Assembly: GCA_963803975.1 (NCBI GenBank) | Contig: CAWDOY010000001.1 | Location: forward strand, 32,001 to 96,000 | From: an uncultured delta proteobacterium | Lineage (GTDB): Bacteria; Desulfobacterota; WTBG01; CAIYCZ01 | Reading direction: 5' to 3' | Length of the DNA stretch: 64,000 bases | Part shown: one piece after another, positions 28,437 to 37,148 of the stretch | How the letters are laid out: every line of letters begins with the position of its first letter | Position numbering within the stretch: position 1 is the stretch's first letter | Program-made: the position numbers and the translations under genes | Notes under the pieces: model-generated | Seen by the model: the letters and a program-made list of their open reading frames with translations, nothing else | Database searches by the model: none | Told to the model about the DNA's origin: nothing

Positions 28437-29945
28437 TTATTTTAGCAATTTGCTTTTCACCAATCCCCTGAGCGCAGCTTCATAACGGGTGCCTTCGATA
28501 AACTTGTTTAATCTCCTCCGCACGATATCTCCAAAGCCATAGCCAACCACGTTCAGCCCGGCCCGGATGGTATTGCCAATGCTTCTGGGACTGGTGATAA
28601 ATTTAAAGACATAGCGGGCAATCACCTGTGGCCGCAGATAAAATTTCCGGTACATTTTCCGGTGGTTATTTATGAGATCCTGCTTGGTGAGCCCGGCGGG
28701 GATAAAAGCCGGTTCCCAGAAGCCGAGCTTTTTCCAGTCGCGCTCGAATTGGCCATACTGTTCAGCTGTTTTAAAAAGTTCCGCTCCCGGCATGGGGGTA
28801 CAAAAGGTTACATGAAAGTCTCTGAGGCCGCTTTCAGTAATAAACCGGGTTGTCTTTGCCATCGTCTCCAAAGTTTCGCCGGGGCAGCCGATCATGAAAT
28901 AGCCCCGTGAGTGAATTCCTGCTTCATTGGTTTTCCGGATCATTTCCGCAACTTTTTCTATGGTGGTCCTCTTTTTGAGATTATCCAGTATCTTCTGGTC
29001 GGCACTTTCAATGCCATAGGCAATCTGCCAGCACCCGGCGCGTTTTATGAACCTGAAGAAATCGTCGGGCATGATATCGGTTCTTGCCAGGCAGGACCAG
29101 CTGAGTTTGTAGTTCCTTCTGAGGATTTCTTCACAGATTTTGGTCACCCGCTTTCTATCAAGCAGGAAGTTGTCGTCGTAAAACATAATATCCCGGATGC
29201 CATAGACTTTCACCAGATGGTCAATCATCTCAATAGTGTTTTCAGCGCTGTGGCTCCGGTATTTTTCACCCATAAAGGGGCGGGCGCAGAAGGTACAGGT
29301 CCCGTTGCAGCCCCGTGAGGTAAGCAGTGTTGAGGACGGCAGCTGATAATAACTATGGGGTGATGGCTTGTAATATTTTGGCAGCGAGGGTATCAGGTCC
29401 CAGGCCGGGAACGGCAATGCATCCAGGTTTTCTATGTTGGCCCGGGGCGCGGAAAGAAGGACCTCAGCTCCTTTACGGTAGGCAATGCCCGGAATATCGC
29501 TGATAGCCCCGCCATTTTTATAGCAGGTTATTATCTCGGGGACCGTATATTCGCCTTCATTCAAAACCCCGATGTCAAATTCCTTAAACTCCTGCAGTGT
29601 TTCTGCCGGGAGAGAGGAAACATGGGGGCCTCCGATAAGAATGGGAACGGTAATGCCCTGCTTTTTTATTGCCGCTGCCAGTTCCCCTGCCCGCGTTATT
29701 GAGACGGTGGAAGCAGTTATGCCTATTAGTTCAGCATTGGCTTTGGCAATTTCTGTTAGGGTCCGGGGCAGGTCCATATCAAAGGCAGGCGCATCAAGGA
29801 TCTGCACGCTATAGCTTACCTGTCTCACTGTTGCCGCAATATAACAGAGACCCAGAGGCGGTGCCTGGCTGCCGACAGATGCAAAGCTCCCATAACGCTC
29901 TTCAAGGGTTATGGGAGGATTAATGAGCAATAAATCTTTTTTCAT
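28437..29945 (-). CDS. B12-binding radical SAM protein
   Basis: PPLGL, IGGPHVS, TSRGCNGTCTFC, YDDNF, GIESA, FMIGCPGET. Confidence 0.93.
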   Translation of the reverse strand: MKKDLLLINPPITLEERYGSFASVGSQAPPLGLCYIAATVRQVSYSVQILDAPAFDMDLPRTLTEIAKANAELIGITASTVSITRAGELAAAIKKQGITVPILIGGPHVSSLPAETLQEFKEFDIGVLNEGEYTVPEIITCYKNGGAISDIPGIAYRKGAEVLLSAPRANIENLDALPFPAWDLIPSLPKYYKPSPHSYYQLPSSTLLTSRGCNGTCTFCARPFMGEKYRSHSAENTIEMIDHLVKVYGIRDIMFYDDNFLLDRKRVTKICEEILRRNYKLSWSCLARTDIMPDDFFRFIKRAGCWQIAYGIESADQKILDNLKKRTTIEKVAEMIRKTNEAGIHSRGYFMIGCPGETLETMAKTTRFITESGLRDFHVTFCTPMPGAELFKTAEQYGQFERDWKKLGFWEPAFIPAGLTKQDLINNHRKMYRKFYLRPQVIARYVFKFITSPRSIGNTIRAGLNVVGYGFGDIVRRRLNKFIEGTRYEAALRGLVKSKLLK

Positions 29946-30350
29946 ATATTTAATTATTTTAATATGTATTTATTATATAGGCAAATCTTATTTGCGGATT
30001 TTTCTCTGTTCTGCTTTTATAATTTACCACTCTCTCCAGACTCCTATCATCTTTCGGAACAAAAAATATTTTTTTAAAGAAATCCTTTTTGCAAGACCAG
30101 AGATTGCTCTTTATAACAGTTTTCGATGAAATTTGTTGTTATTATTAATACCATAAAAACAAGTATCAGTACATACTACTTTTTAATCAAAAGCCGGGGC
30201 GTTATATAATAGACACCATGAAAAAAGCAGCTGAGGAAAATGGTTGAATAAAAAAGCAGTCAGGATATTATTAAAATTATGCAGGCCAATTAAATTTTTT
30301 AGCCCCATTGAGGTTTCTCCCTTCTCAGAGAGATGAACAGGAGCGGTGCA

Positions 30351-31104
30351 ATGCAGATAGCAGGTGTTCACGAGCTGGCAATAGCAAACACAAAAGTATT
30401 CGTCATTCAAGCGCAACAAAACGTGCTGGTTGATACCGGTTCCGGGCCTCTGCATGATGAGGTTATTGCCTTTCTGGAAAAGACTGGTTTTGCCTTTGAG
30501 AGTGAAGAGCAAAAAAAATTGATGAAGGAGGGGGCTTATGAAACGATTATCAGGTTTCTGCGGGAGAAAAAAATAACCATAGATGCCATCATCTGCACGC
30601 ACTGCCACAGCGACCATACCGGCAACTTAAAACAGCTGAAGGAATATCTCCAGGTGCCGGTTGCCCTGCACGGGCTTGACATCCCGGTCGTTGAGGGCAG
30701 GGAGCAGCCTGCGCCGCCGGCCTTTATCCCGCCGGAGATTCTTCAATACCTGAAGACTGTACCCTGCGCTGTTGAGCACGCTTTGCAGGACGGGGAGTTT
30801 TTTTGCGAAGACCTTCAGGTTATCCATGTGCCCGGCCATACCCCGGGGAGCATCTGTCTGCTCTACAAGAACCAGGCGCTCATAACCGGCGACTGTGTCA
30901 TAGGTAAAAGCACGGGTTTCCCCGCGCCGGGCAGGGATGAATTAAATCCCCCGGTTAAAATGTACAGCAGGGACTATGACCAGGCGGTGAAAAGCCTGCA
31001 CAAACTTCTTGCATATGATTTTGATGCACTATTACCCAGCCACGGCGCTTCACTCCGGGAAAAGGGAAAAGGAGCAGCTTATCACCATGCTGCAGAAACT
31101 ATAA
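30351..31104 (+). CDS. MBL-fold metallo-hydrolase; probable +1 frameshift near 31068
   Basis: THCHSDH, PGHTPGS, TGD, PSHG; the shifted frame ends KEQLITMLQKL-TAA. Confidence 0.85.
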
Positions 31105-31107
31105 CAA

Positions 31108-31144
31108 CAGCCTGGGAGAAAACCACTTTTTCAACAACCGGTTA
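31108..31144 (+). repeat. Isolated right end of the MITE-like element
   Basis: CAGCCTGGGAGAAAACCACTTTTTCAACAACCGGTTA matches the end of the 32890 copy. Confidence 0.6.
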
Positions 31145-31168
31145 AAAATATAATTAAGGGGGAGCCTT

Positions 31169-31853
31169 ATGGGAAATGAGAATCAGATTGTCGCAATAGC
31201 CGGTGCTACCGGCAGAACAGGCCGGCTCATCGTACAGGAGCTGGCAGCCAGAGGTTATAACGTGCGGGCGCTGGTCCGCTCTGCTGCAGCCGCGTCTATT
31301 CAGCAGCAGAAGGGGATTGAGCTGGCGGAAGCTGATCTTTCCTCTACCGGAGTCGCTTGAGCGGACGCTCGAGGGAGCGGCGTTTCTTATCAGCGCCATC
31401 GGCTCAAAGAAGCCGTTCAGCGCCAGGGAAAACAATGCGGTTGACAACATGGGTAATCAGAACCTGGCCAGGGCAGCCTTGAAAAAGGGCCTGCAGCACA
31501 TGGTGGTCATCTCCTCCATTGGCACGGGGGACAGCAGATATGCCATTAGCTTTATGTTCAGGCTGCTTATGACCCCGGTGCTCAGGATGAAAGAAAAGTC
31601 AGAGGCGTTTATCCGGGGCTGCGGCATAAGTTATACTATTATCCGTCCCGGCGGCTTATCAGACAGAGAACTCACCGGGAAGGTGGCATTCGGCGAGGGC
31701 GGGAAAATATCGGGCATGGTCAGCAGGCAGGAGATTGCCCGGGTGTGCGTTGACGCGCTGAGCACGCCATCCATGAAAAACAGAACCCTTGAGGTCATCG
31801 ATGCCGCAACCCTGAAAGACGAGCACCGCCAGTTTATGGTAGAGGTGAAATAA
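31169..31853 (+). CDS. Atypical SDR / NAD(P)H-binding protein, frameshifted near 31345
   Basis: IAGATGRTG Rossmann motif in the first frame; ISSIG, YTIIRPGGL, SRQEIA in the second. Confidence 0.85.
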
Positions 31854-31888
31854 AATGTTCAATCTGTTTTTAAAGGCCGGTTTTTATT

Positions 31889-32134
31889 ATGTCCAAACAC
31901 TCCCATGAATTTGTTGAACACTATGAGGGGCTGATCGGTTTTGGCCTTGACCGTGAAACGGATGAGAACACGGTTGTATGCTATTTGCAGAAATTCTCTG
32001 ATGACGGGCTCATGGCGCTTCTCAGAAAACGGCTCACCGACGGGGAGCTTAACGAAATCTTCTCGCTTGTGAGCAGGCTTCTGCAAAGCCACCTCGCGGA
32101 AGAAGAGTACCATCGCTATTTCATAAAAGAGTAA
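31889..32134 (+). CDS. Small conserved-looking cytoplasmic protein
   Basis: 81-aa ORF in an operon arrangement; stop overlaps the next ATG. Confidence 0.65.
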   Translation: MSKHSHEFVEHYEGLIGFGLDRETDENTVVCYLQKFSDDGLMALLRKRLTDGELNEIFSLVSRLLQSHLAEEEYHRYFIKE

Positions 32135-32817
32135 TGCCGGGAAAACTGCAGGCTATGAAAATAACTGATCATGTCTGGCAGGTAGGCGGAGACAGCCTGA
32201 CCGGTTCCGGCGATGCCGCGATTTATCTGCTGGCCTTTGATAACGCGGCTGCTCTCATTGATGCCGGGTGCGGGAATGGCCACCAGCAGCTGGTACAGAA
32301 TATTTCTCAGTGCCTGCCGGCAGCCGCAAAGATAGAATACCTTTTCCTCACCCACTGCCACTATGACCATGCGGGCGGCGCTGCAGCAGTCCGGAAGCAT
32401 TATGGCTGCGCCATTGCAGCGCATGAACGTGATGCAGAGTACCTTGAATCAGGTGACAGCAGGGTAACTGCCGCACAGTGGTACAACGCGTACCTGGAAC
32501 CATTAGCAATTGACCATAAAATAAAGTCAGCAGAGGAGACCTTCAAGCTCGGCAGCAACAGCATCATTGCGTATCACTGTCCCGGTCATTCGCCCGGCTC
32601 CATGGTGCTGGTAACTGAAGTAACGGGGAAGAAGGTTCTCTTCGGACAGGATATTCATGGCCCTCTCCATGATGACCTTCTTTCCAACCGAAGGGACTAT
32701 ATAACGTCTCTGAAGTTTCTCCTGGGCCTTGAGGCGGACATTCTCTGCGAAGGGCACTTCGGTATTTACAGAGGCAAACAGGAGGTGCGGGAGTTCATAC
32801 AGTCATTTCTGCGCTGA
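32134..32817 (+). CDS. MBL-fold metallo-hydrolase
   Basis: THCHYDH, PGHSPGS, FGQD, CEGH. Confidence 0.88.
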   Translation: MPGKLQAMKITDHVWQVGGDSLTGSGDAAIYLLAFDNAAALIDAGCGNGHQQLVQNISQCLPAAAKIEYLFLTHCHYDHAGGAAAVRKHYGCAIAAHERDAEYLESGDSRVTAAQWYNAYLEPLAIDHKIKSAEETFKLGSNSIIAYHCPGHSPGSMVLVTEVTGKKVLFGQDIHGPLHDDLLSNRRDYITSLKFLLGLEADILCEGHFGIYRGKQEVREFIQSFLR

Positions 32818-32889
32818 AGAAGAGAGAGGATGAAAAATTAATTGCAGCAAGGGCTCTTTTTTAGTACATTTCACGTTCTGATAAATCAC

Positions 32890-33046
32890 TATCAGGTTGT
32901 TGAAAAAGTAGTTTTTTCCAGGCTGGTCAAAAACATACAGATGCAAGGCGCGCGAAATCCTGAGGAATGAGGCGTACTGTGCTGTACGCCGCAATGACGA
33001 GGGATGAGCGCAACGAAGCAGATGGATGTTTTTCAACAGCCTGCTA
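32890..33046 (-). mobile_element. ~155-bp MITE-like element, full inverted copy, TA at both ends
   Basis: TATCAGGTTGTTGAAAAA...TTTTTCAACAGCCTGCTA; reverse complement aligns to 24323-24477. Confidence 0.8.
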
Positions 33047-33090
33047 TACAATTCACCAGTACCGCTACCAGCGGATAAAAGGAGGCACGT

Positions 33091-33738
33091 ATGAAAATCA
33101 TTCTGTTAGGCTCACCGGGAGCAGGCAAGGGCACCGTATCCAAGCTGCTGATCGCCCATGACGGCTCAGCGCATATTTCAACCGGAGACATGCTGCGCAA
33201 TAACGTGAAAGAGGGCACCCCTCTCGGCAAAAAGGCAAAAGAGTATATGGACCGCGGCGACCTCGTTCCTGATTCCCTGATCATGGACATGATGGAAGAG
33301 CGGCTGCAGGCGCCTGACTGCAAAAAGGGTTTTATCCTGGACGGGTTTCCCCGCACCATTCCCCAGGCCGAGTCCCTCGGCGGGCTGCTGAAGAAGCTGA
33401 ACCTTGCCATTGACCTCGTGGTCAACATGGAGATCGGCAAGCAGGTGGTGCTGGACCGCCTCACCACCCGGCGCACCTGTTCCAACTCGTCATGCCAGGC
33501 AATCTATAATGTGAAGACAATGCCGTCCAAGAAGGAAGGCATCTGCGACAAGTGCGGCAGCCCCACCATCCAGAGAAGCGATGAGACCGAGGAGGCAATC
33601 CTGAACCGCCTTGCGACCTACAACAGGCAGACCGCGCCGTTAATCGACTATTACAGCAAGAAGGGCAACCTGCTGACTATTGAAGCAGTAAGCAGTGATG
33701 GCGTGGTAAAAGCTATTGTTGGTGCTTTGCCGAAATAG
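33091..33738 (+). CDS. adk: Adenylate kinase (Cys4 zinc-type lid)
   Basis: GSPGAGKGT, STGDMLR, LDGFPRT, RRTC...C...CDKC. Confidence 0.97.
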   Translation: MKIILLGSPGAGKGTVSKLLIAHDGSAHISTGDMLRNNVKEGTPLGKKAKEYMDRGDLVPDSLIMDMMEERLQAPDCKKGFILDGFPRTIPQAESLGGLLKKLNLAIDLVVNMEIGKQVVLDRLTTRRTCSNSSCQAIYNVKTMPSKKEGICDKCGSPTIQRSDETEEAILNRLATYNRQTAPLIDYYSKKGNLLTIEAVSSDGVVKAIVGALPK

Positions 33739-33763
33739 CCATAGTATTGAATGCTTGAAGTTC

Positions 33764-33809
33764 TGAGTTTGAGGGCCAGCGCGGGTCTAATCCCTGGCCC
33801 TCAAACTCA
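33764..33809. other. 16-bp perfect inverted repeat after adk
   Basis: TGAGTTTGAGGGCCAG...CTGGCCCTCAAACTCA. Confidence 0.65.
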
Positions 33810-33842
33810 TCATCACGGAACATGAAGAGCGCGAGGCTGTTT

Positions 33843-34304
33843 ATGAAAGATACTTTGAAACCGGGACTGTCCCTTGAATTCAAATATACGGTTCCGGAAA
33901 ATAAAACCGTCCCCTTTCTGTTTCCCGAAGCCCCGGAGTTTCTGGTCATGCCCAATGTTCTTGCCACCGGGTTCATGGTCGGGCTTTTTGAGTGGGCGTG
34001 CATCAAGCTGCTTACCACCCATCTTGACTGGCCTGATGAGCAGAGCGTTGGCACCGGCTTTACCCTGAACCACCTTGCCGCGACCCCTCCCGGGCTGACG
34101 GTGAACGTGAAGGTGAAGCTGGAGAACGTGGAAGGCAAGAAGCTCTCCTTCTCCATTGTGGCGGATGACGGCGTTGATAAAATATCCGAGGCCACCCACG
34201 AGCGGTTTGTGATTAATGCCGAGGGCTTCAATAAGAAGGTTGCAAAAAAGCGCGCAGAGGTTTTTGAAAAGTTCAGTAACTTCGGGTTGCCGCCAAACCG
34301 GTAG
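33843..34304 (+). CDS. FlK-like (fluoroacetyl-CoA-type) hotdog thioesterase
   Basis: VLATGFMVGLFEWAC, SVGT...HLAATPPG, HERF (Thr/Glu/His pattern). Confidence 0.85.
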   Translation: MKDTLKPGLSLEFKYTVPENKTVPFLFPEAPEFLVMPNVLATGFMVGLFEWACIKLLTTHLDWPDEQSVGTGFTLNHLAATPPGLTVNVKVKLENVEGKKLSFSIVADDGVDKISEATHERFVINAEGFNKKVAKKRAEVFEKFSNFGLPPNR

Positions 34305-34314
34305 GCCCGGGACG

Positions 34315-34818
34315 CTACCAGTAACGCCCCAGGGGAACGTAGCGGTACTTGTACAGATCTGAATTGGTATCAATATCATAGCCGTTGTATTTAAGGCGGT
34401 TGAGATCAAGCCCGTCTTTCATGAGGTCGCCCCGGGCTGTCACATCCCCTCCCCGCGCCCGTGCCGACAGCGCCAGATCAACCGCGGTGGGGTCCGGATA
34501 GATCCGGTACTTGTGCTCATAGCAGCGCAGCTTTTTCCCTTCTTTTTCCAGAAGCACATACCAGGTATAGAACCCGCTGCTGCCGTAATAGGTAAGCGGC
34601 GCGGACAGCTCAATCTCCCTGCCTTTATAGCGGTCGAAGTGCTCTGCGATATCTTTAAGTGTTGCTGTAATTACAACGTGCTTGTCTTTATACTGCTGCT
34701 GGTTTTTCAGATAGGTATCCAGGTCCACCCGCACCAGTTCTTTCTGCATGCAGCCGGTCACCGCCAGCAGCAAGATCGCTGCATAGATAGAACTCTTTAT
34801 GTACCGCACCAGCTTCAT
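34315..34818 (-). CDS. Hypothetical lipoprotein
   Basis: Lipobox LLAVTGC. Confidence 0.65.
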   Translation of the reverse strand: MKLVRYIKSSIYAAILLLAVTGCMQKELVRVDLDTYLKNQQQYKDKHVVITATLKDIAEHFDRYKGREIELSAPLTYYGSSGFYTWYVLLEKEGKKLRCYEHKYRIYPDPTAVDLALSARARGGDVTARGDLMKDGLDLNRLKYNGYDIDTNSDLYKYRYVPLGRYW

Positions 34819-34865
34819 ATAATCTTTCCCGGCTTTTTCACCTTCCACCTTTCTCTTTTCCCCTT

Positions 34866-35579
34866 TCACTTTCCACTTTTCACTTCATACTGTCCCAGCT
34901 CAAGAACCCTTTTGGGAGTGCCCGGGGGCCCTTCAGGGCCTTCATATTTTACCAGGTAGTGGGGGGGCGCTGCGCTGTACCACAGGTTCAGTTTCGGCAG
35001 GAACGCTCCAATGAAACTGCTCATGCCGAATTCAAGCTTGTAGCAGTCATACGTTTTATCCTTGATGGTCACTTTTTCAATGCCTTTGTCGGTGAGCGTC
35101 ATGGTGTAGCTCTTCTCGTTTCCTTCGCCGTAGTAGCCGATTTTAAGGGACGGCAGCTTGCCGAAGGGATAGCCGCGCATGAGGTACATGAGAATATTAA
35201 AGTCAGCGATCTTGATTTCCCCGTCCTTAAAGGTCTGCTTCTCGCTCACCACCTTCAGCATTGAATCAAGGGTGGCGTCAGGGTATTTGCGCAGGGTGTG
35301 AACAGAAATGAGCGCCATGGTTTTCCTGTCAAACTGTATGACCTTGTCCTGGCGCTGCGAGAGCGAGGTTATTTCATACAGCTCCCGGCCGCCTTCGGTT
35401 TTAACGGCAACCGTATTTTCTACAGTGAACTTATTGTCGCCGATCTTTGAGTCATATACTGCACGCTCGCCATTGGGGATCTGCGGGTCGACAAGGGGCG
35501 TTTCGGCCAGCGCTGTGCCTGATACCATTACAGCAGCAATGACCGCTGCAATGAACAAACGATTTTTTAAGAATTTCAT
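34866..35579 (-). CDS. Hypothetical exported beta-rich protein (DUF3108-like)
   Basis: Signal peptide ending ALA; GIEKVTIKDKTYDCYKLE, PHYLVKY. Confidence 0.6.
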   Translation of the reverse strand: MKFLKNRLFIAAVIAAVMVSGTALAETPLVDPQIPNGERAVYDSKIGDNKFTVENTVAVKTEGGRELYEITSLSQRQDKVIQFDRKTMALISVHTLRKYPDATLDSMLKVVSEKQTFKDGEIKIADFNILMYLMRGYPFGKLPSLKIGYYGEGNEKSYTMTLTDKGIEKVTIKDKTYDCYKLEFGMSSFIGAFLPKLNLWYSAAPPHYLVKYEGPEGPPGTPKRVLELGQYEVKSGK

Positions 35580-35644
35580 GCCGTGTTCCTTCTCCGGAAT
35601 CAGACTAAGATTATCACCCCGCAATGCCTTCCACAATGCCGGGG

Positions 35645-36171
35645 TCATTCAATTACTATGACCTGCAGCGCATCCATGATCGCTCCCGCACACAGGGCAT
35701 CCCGAATGTACCTGAGGTCTCCCTTCAGCCTGGGACTTCCCTTGACTGCAAACTGATCAAGCAGCGATACCATGTCCTCGACAGCCTGCTGCCTTATTGC
35801 TGCCTCACCGGTATAGAGCAGTGTTTCAACGGACGGCAGAAGCTCGTCCGCGACTTGCTTTTGCCTGCGGGCAAGCACAGGGTTTAATGCCAGCAGCAGA
35901 GACAGCTCCAGCGAGTTGTCGTAGAGCCGGTGCGTAATTTCCCTGCCGGCCTCAGTGTTGTTTAGGACCTCGTTTCTGAAGGTTCTGAGCAGCAGAGGTT
36001 GGCATCCTTCTGTTCCCCCCAGATTTTTGCGTATGACTGCGGCCAGAAACTGGCAGTGGCCTGGGTAACAGCATCTACGCCTGCCTGCGTATGCAGAGGA
36101 GACAAAAGCGGCGAGACCATGATGGTCATAAGCGCCAGCAGGATAATTCTGTAACGCACAGTGCTTTTCAT
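35645..36171 (-). CDS. Exported protein with CFI-box-CTERM-like domain, frameshifted near 35995
   Basis: Signal peptide; the joined frame reads LLLRTFRNEVLNNTEAGREITHRLYDNSLE. Confidence 0.55.
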
Positions 36172-36225
36172 AACAGCTCCTTTATACAATCAGTTAGAAC
36201 CACGGCGACCATTTCATCTTGACAG

Positions 36226-36504
36226 CTATTTGTTTACTTCAACCAGCGTGCCGCTAATGAACTTGTGAATTATGCTGGAAACGTAGGTCTGATACGGAAG
36301 CCCCTCTTTGACCGCTTTTCTCTGCAGTTCAACAAGGTCCCTTTCGGATATCCGTATGTTCAGCCGCTTATCCTTCTTCAGGGTATTCCGGGCATACTGG
36401 ATCAGTTCCTTTTTCCTTTTCGTGCTGTCCGGCGCCGAAACCCATTCTCCGTCCTCAAAACTTTTAAGGATTTTATTTTCTTCTTTTGACCGTTTCGCCC
36501 TCAC
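36226..36504 (-). CDS. BrnA/CopG-like RHH antitoxin
   Basis: KDKRLNIRISERDL...GLPYQTYVSSIIH; GTG start with GGAGGA RBS. Confidence 0.8.
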   Translation of the reverse strand: MRAKRSKEENKILKSFEDGEWVSAPDSTKRKKELIQYARNTLKKDKRLNIRISERDLVELQRKAVKEGLPYQTYVSSIIHKFISGTLVEVNK

Positions 36505-36560
36505 GTGGTCCTCCAAAATATTTTTCAGTTGCCTTCCTGCTGGCGATACTTTTCTTAAAT
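36505..36560 (-). pseudogene. C-terminal remnant of a BrnT-like toxin
   Basis: Frame reads KKSIASRKATEKYFGG directly before the antitoxin; no intact ORF upstream. Confidence 0.5.
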
Positions 36561-36800
36561 TATTACATTGTGAGCATTTTAGCAACAAACATGTTACTGC
36601 GGATTATCAGTGGGTTGATTCTTGTGTGGTCAAAGATGGCGGGGTGAAACTGTTCCAGCGCCCTGCAGGAAGAAATAATCCAGTAGCAGATTTGATTCCC
36701 GTTGTTTATCTGACACATGAAGACGTGACTCCGCCATTCCTGCATGCAAAGTATGCATGGCTACGTCTCTTTAATGCTGAATTGGAAAAGAGTGGACAGT

Positions 36801-36930
36801 GGGTGTGTTGAAAAAGTATCCTCCTGGTCAAATTTAAGGATATTAACATTATGTCAAACGAGGAATAACGACCAGTTAGAGATTCTTCGCTGACGCTCTT
36901 AATGATAGTTCGAGGTTTTTCAACAGGCCC
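36801..36930. mobile_element. Second MITE-like element with related ends and a different interior
   Basis: GGGTGTGTTGAAAAA...TTTTTCAACAGGCCC ends; internal REP-like GAGATTCTTCGCTGACGCTC. Confidence 0.55.
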
Positions 36931-37148
36931 ACAGGCATCTATTAATAGGCTGTCGCTCCTGTTTTACTGAAATGTATGCAAATATTATTATTGACTCCCA
37001 TTATAAGCCAACCTATAACCTTTTTACCATATTAACCGGGATTTTTAACTTAATCGAACCAATCGTCATATATAGCAGCTTCGACATAATGCAAACCCTG
37101 TTCTTATGTTAGTCCTGTCGTGAATCATAGTAAGGGTATCAACTATTA

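Noticed and set aside
29946..30330. RiPP precursor or cobalamin riboswitch upstream of the radical SAM trio
   Set aside because: AT-rich, no convincing small ORF with RBS and no recognisable B12-box
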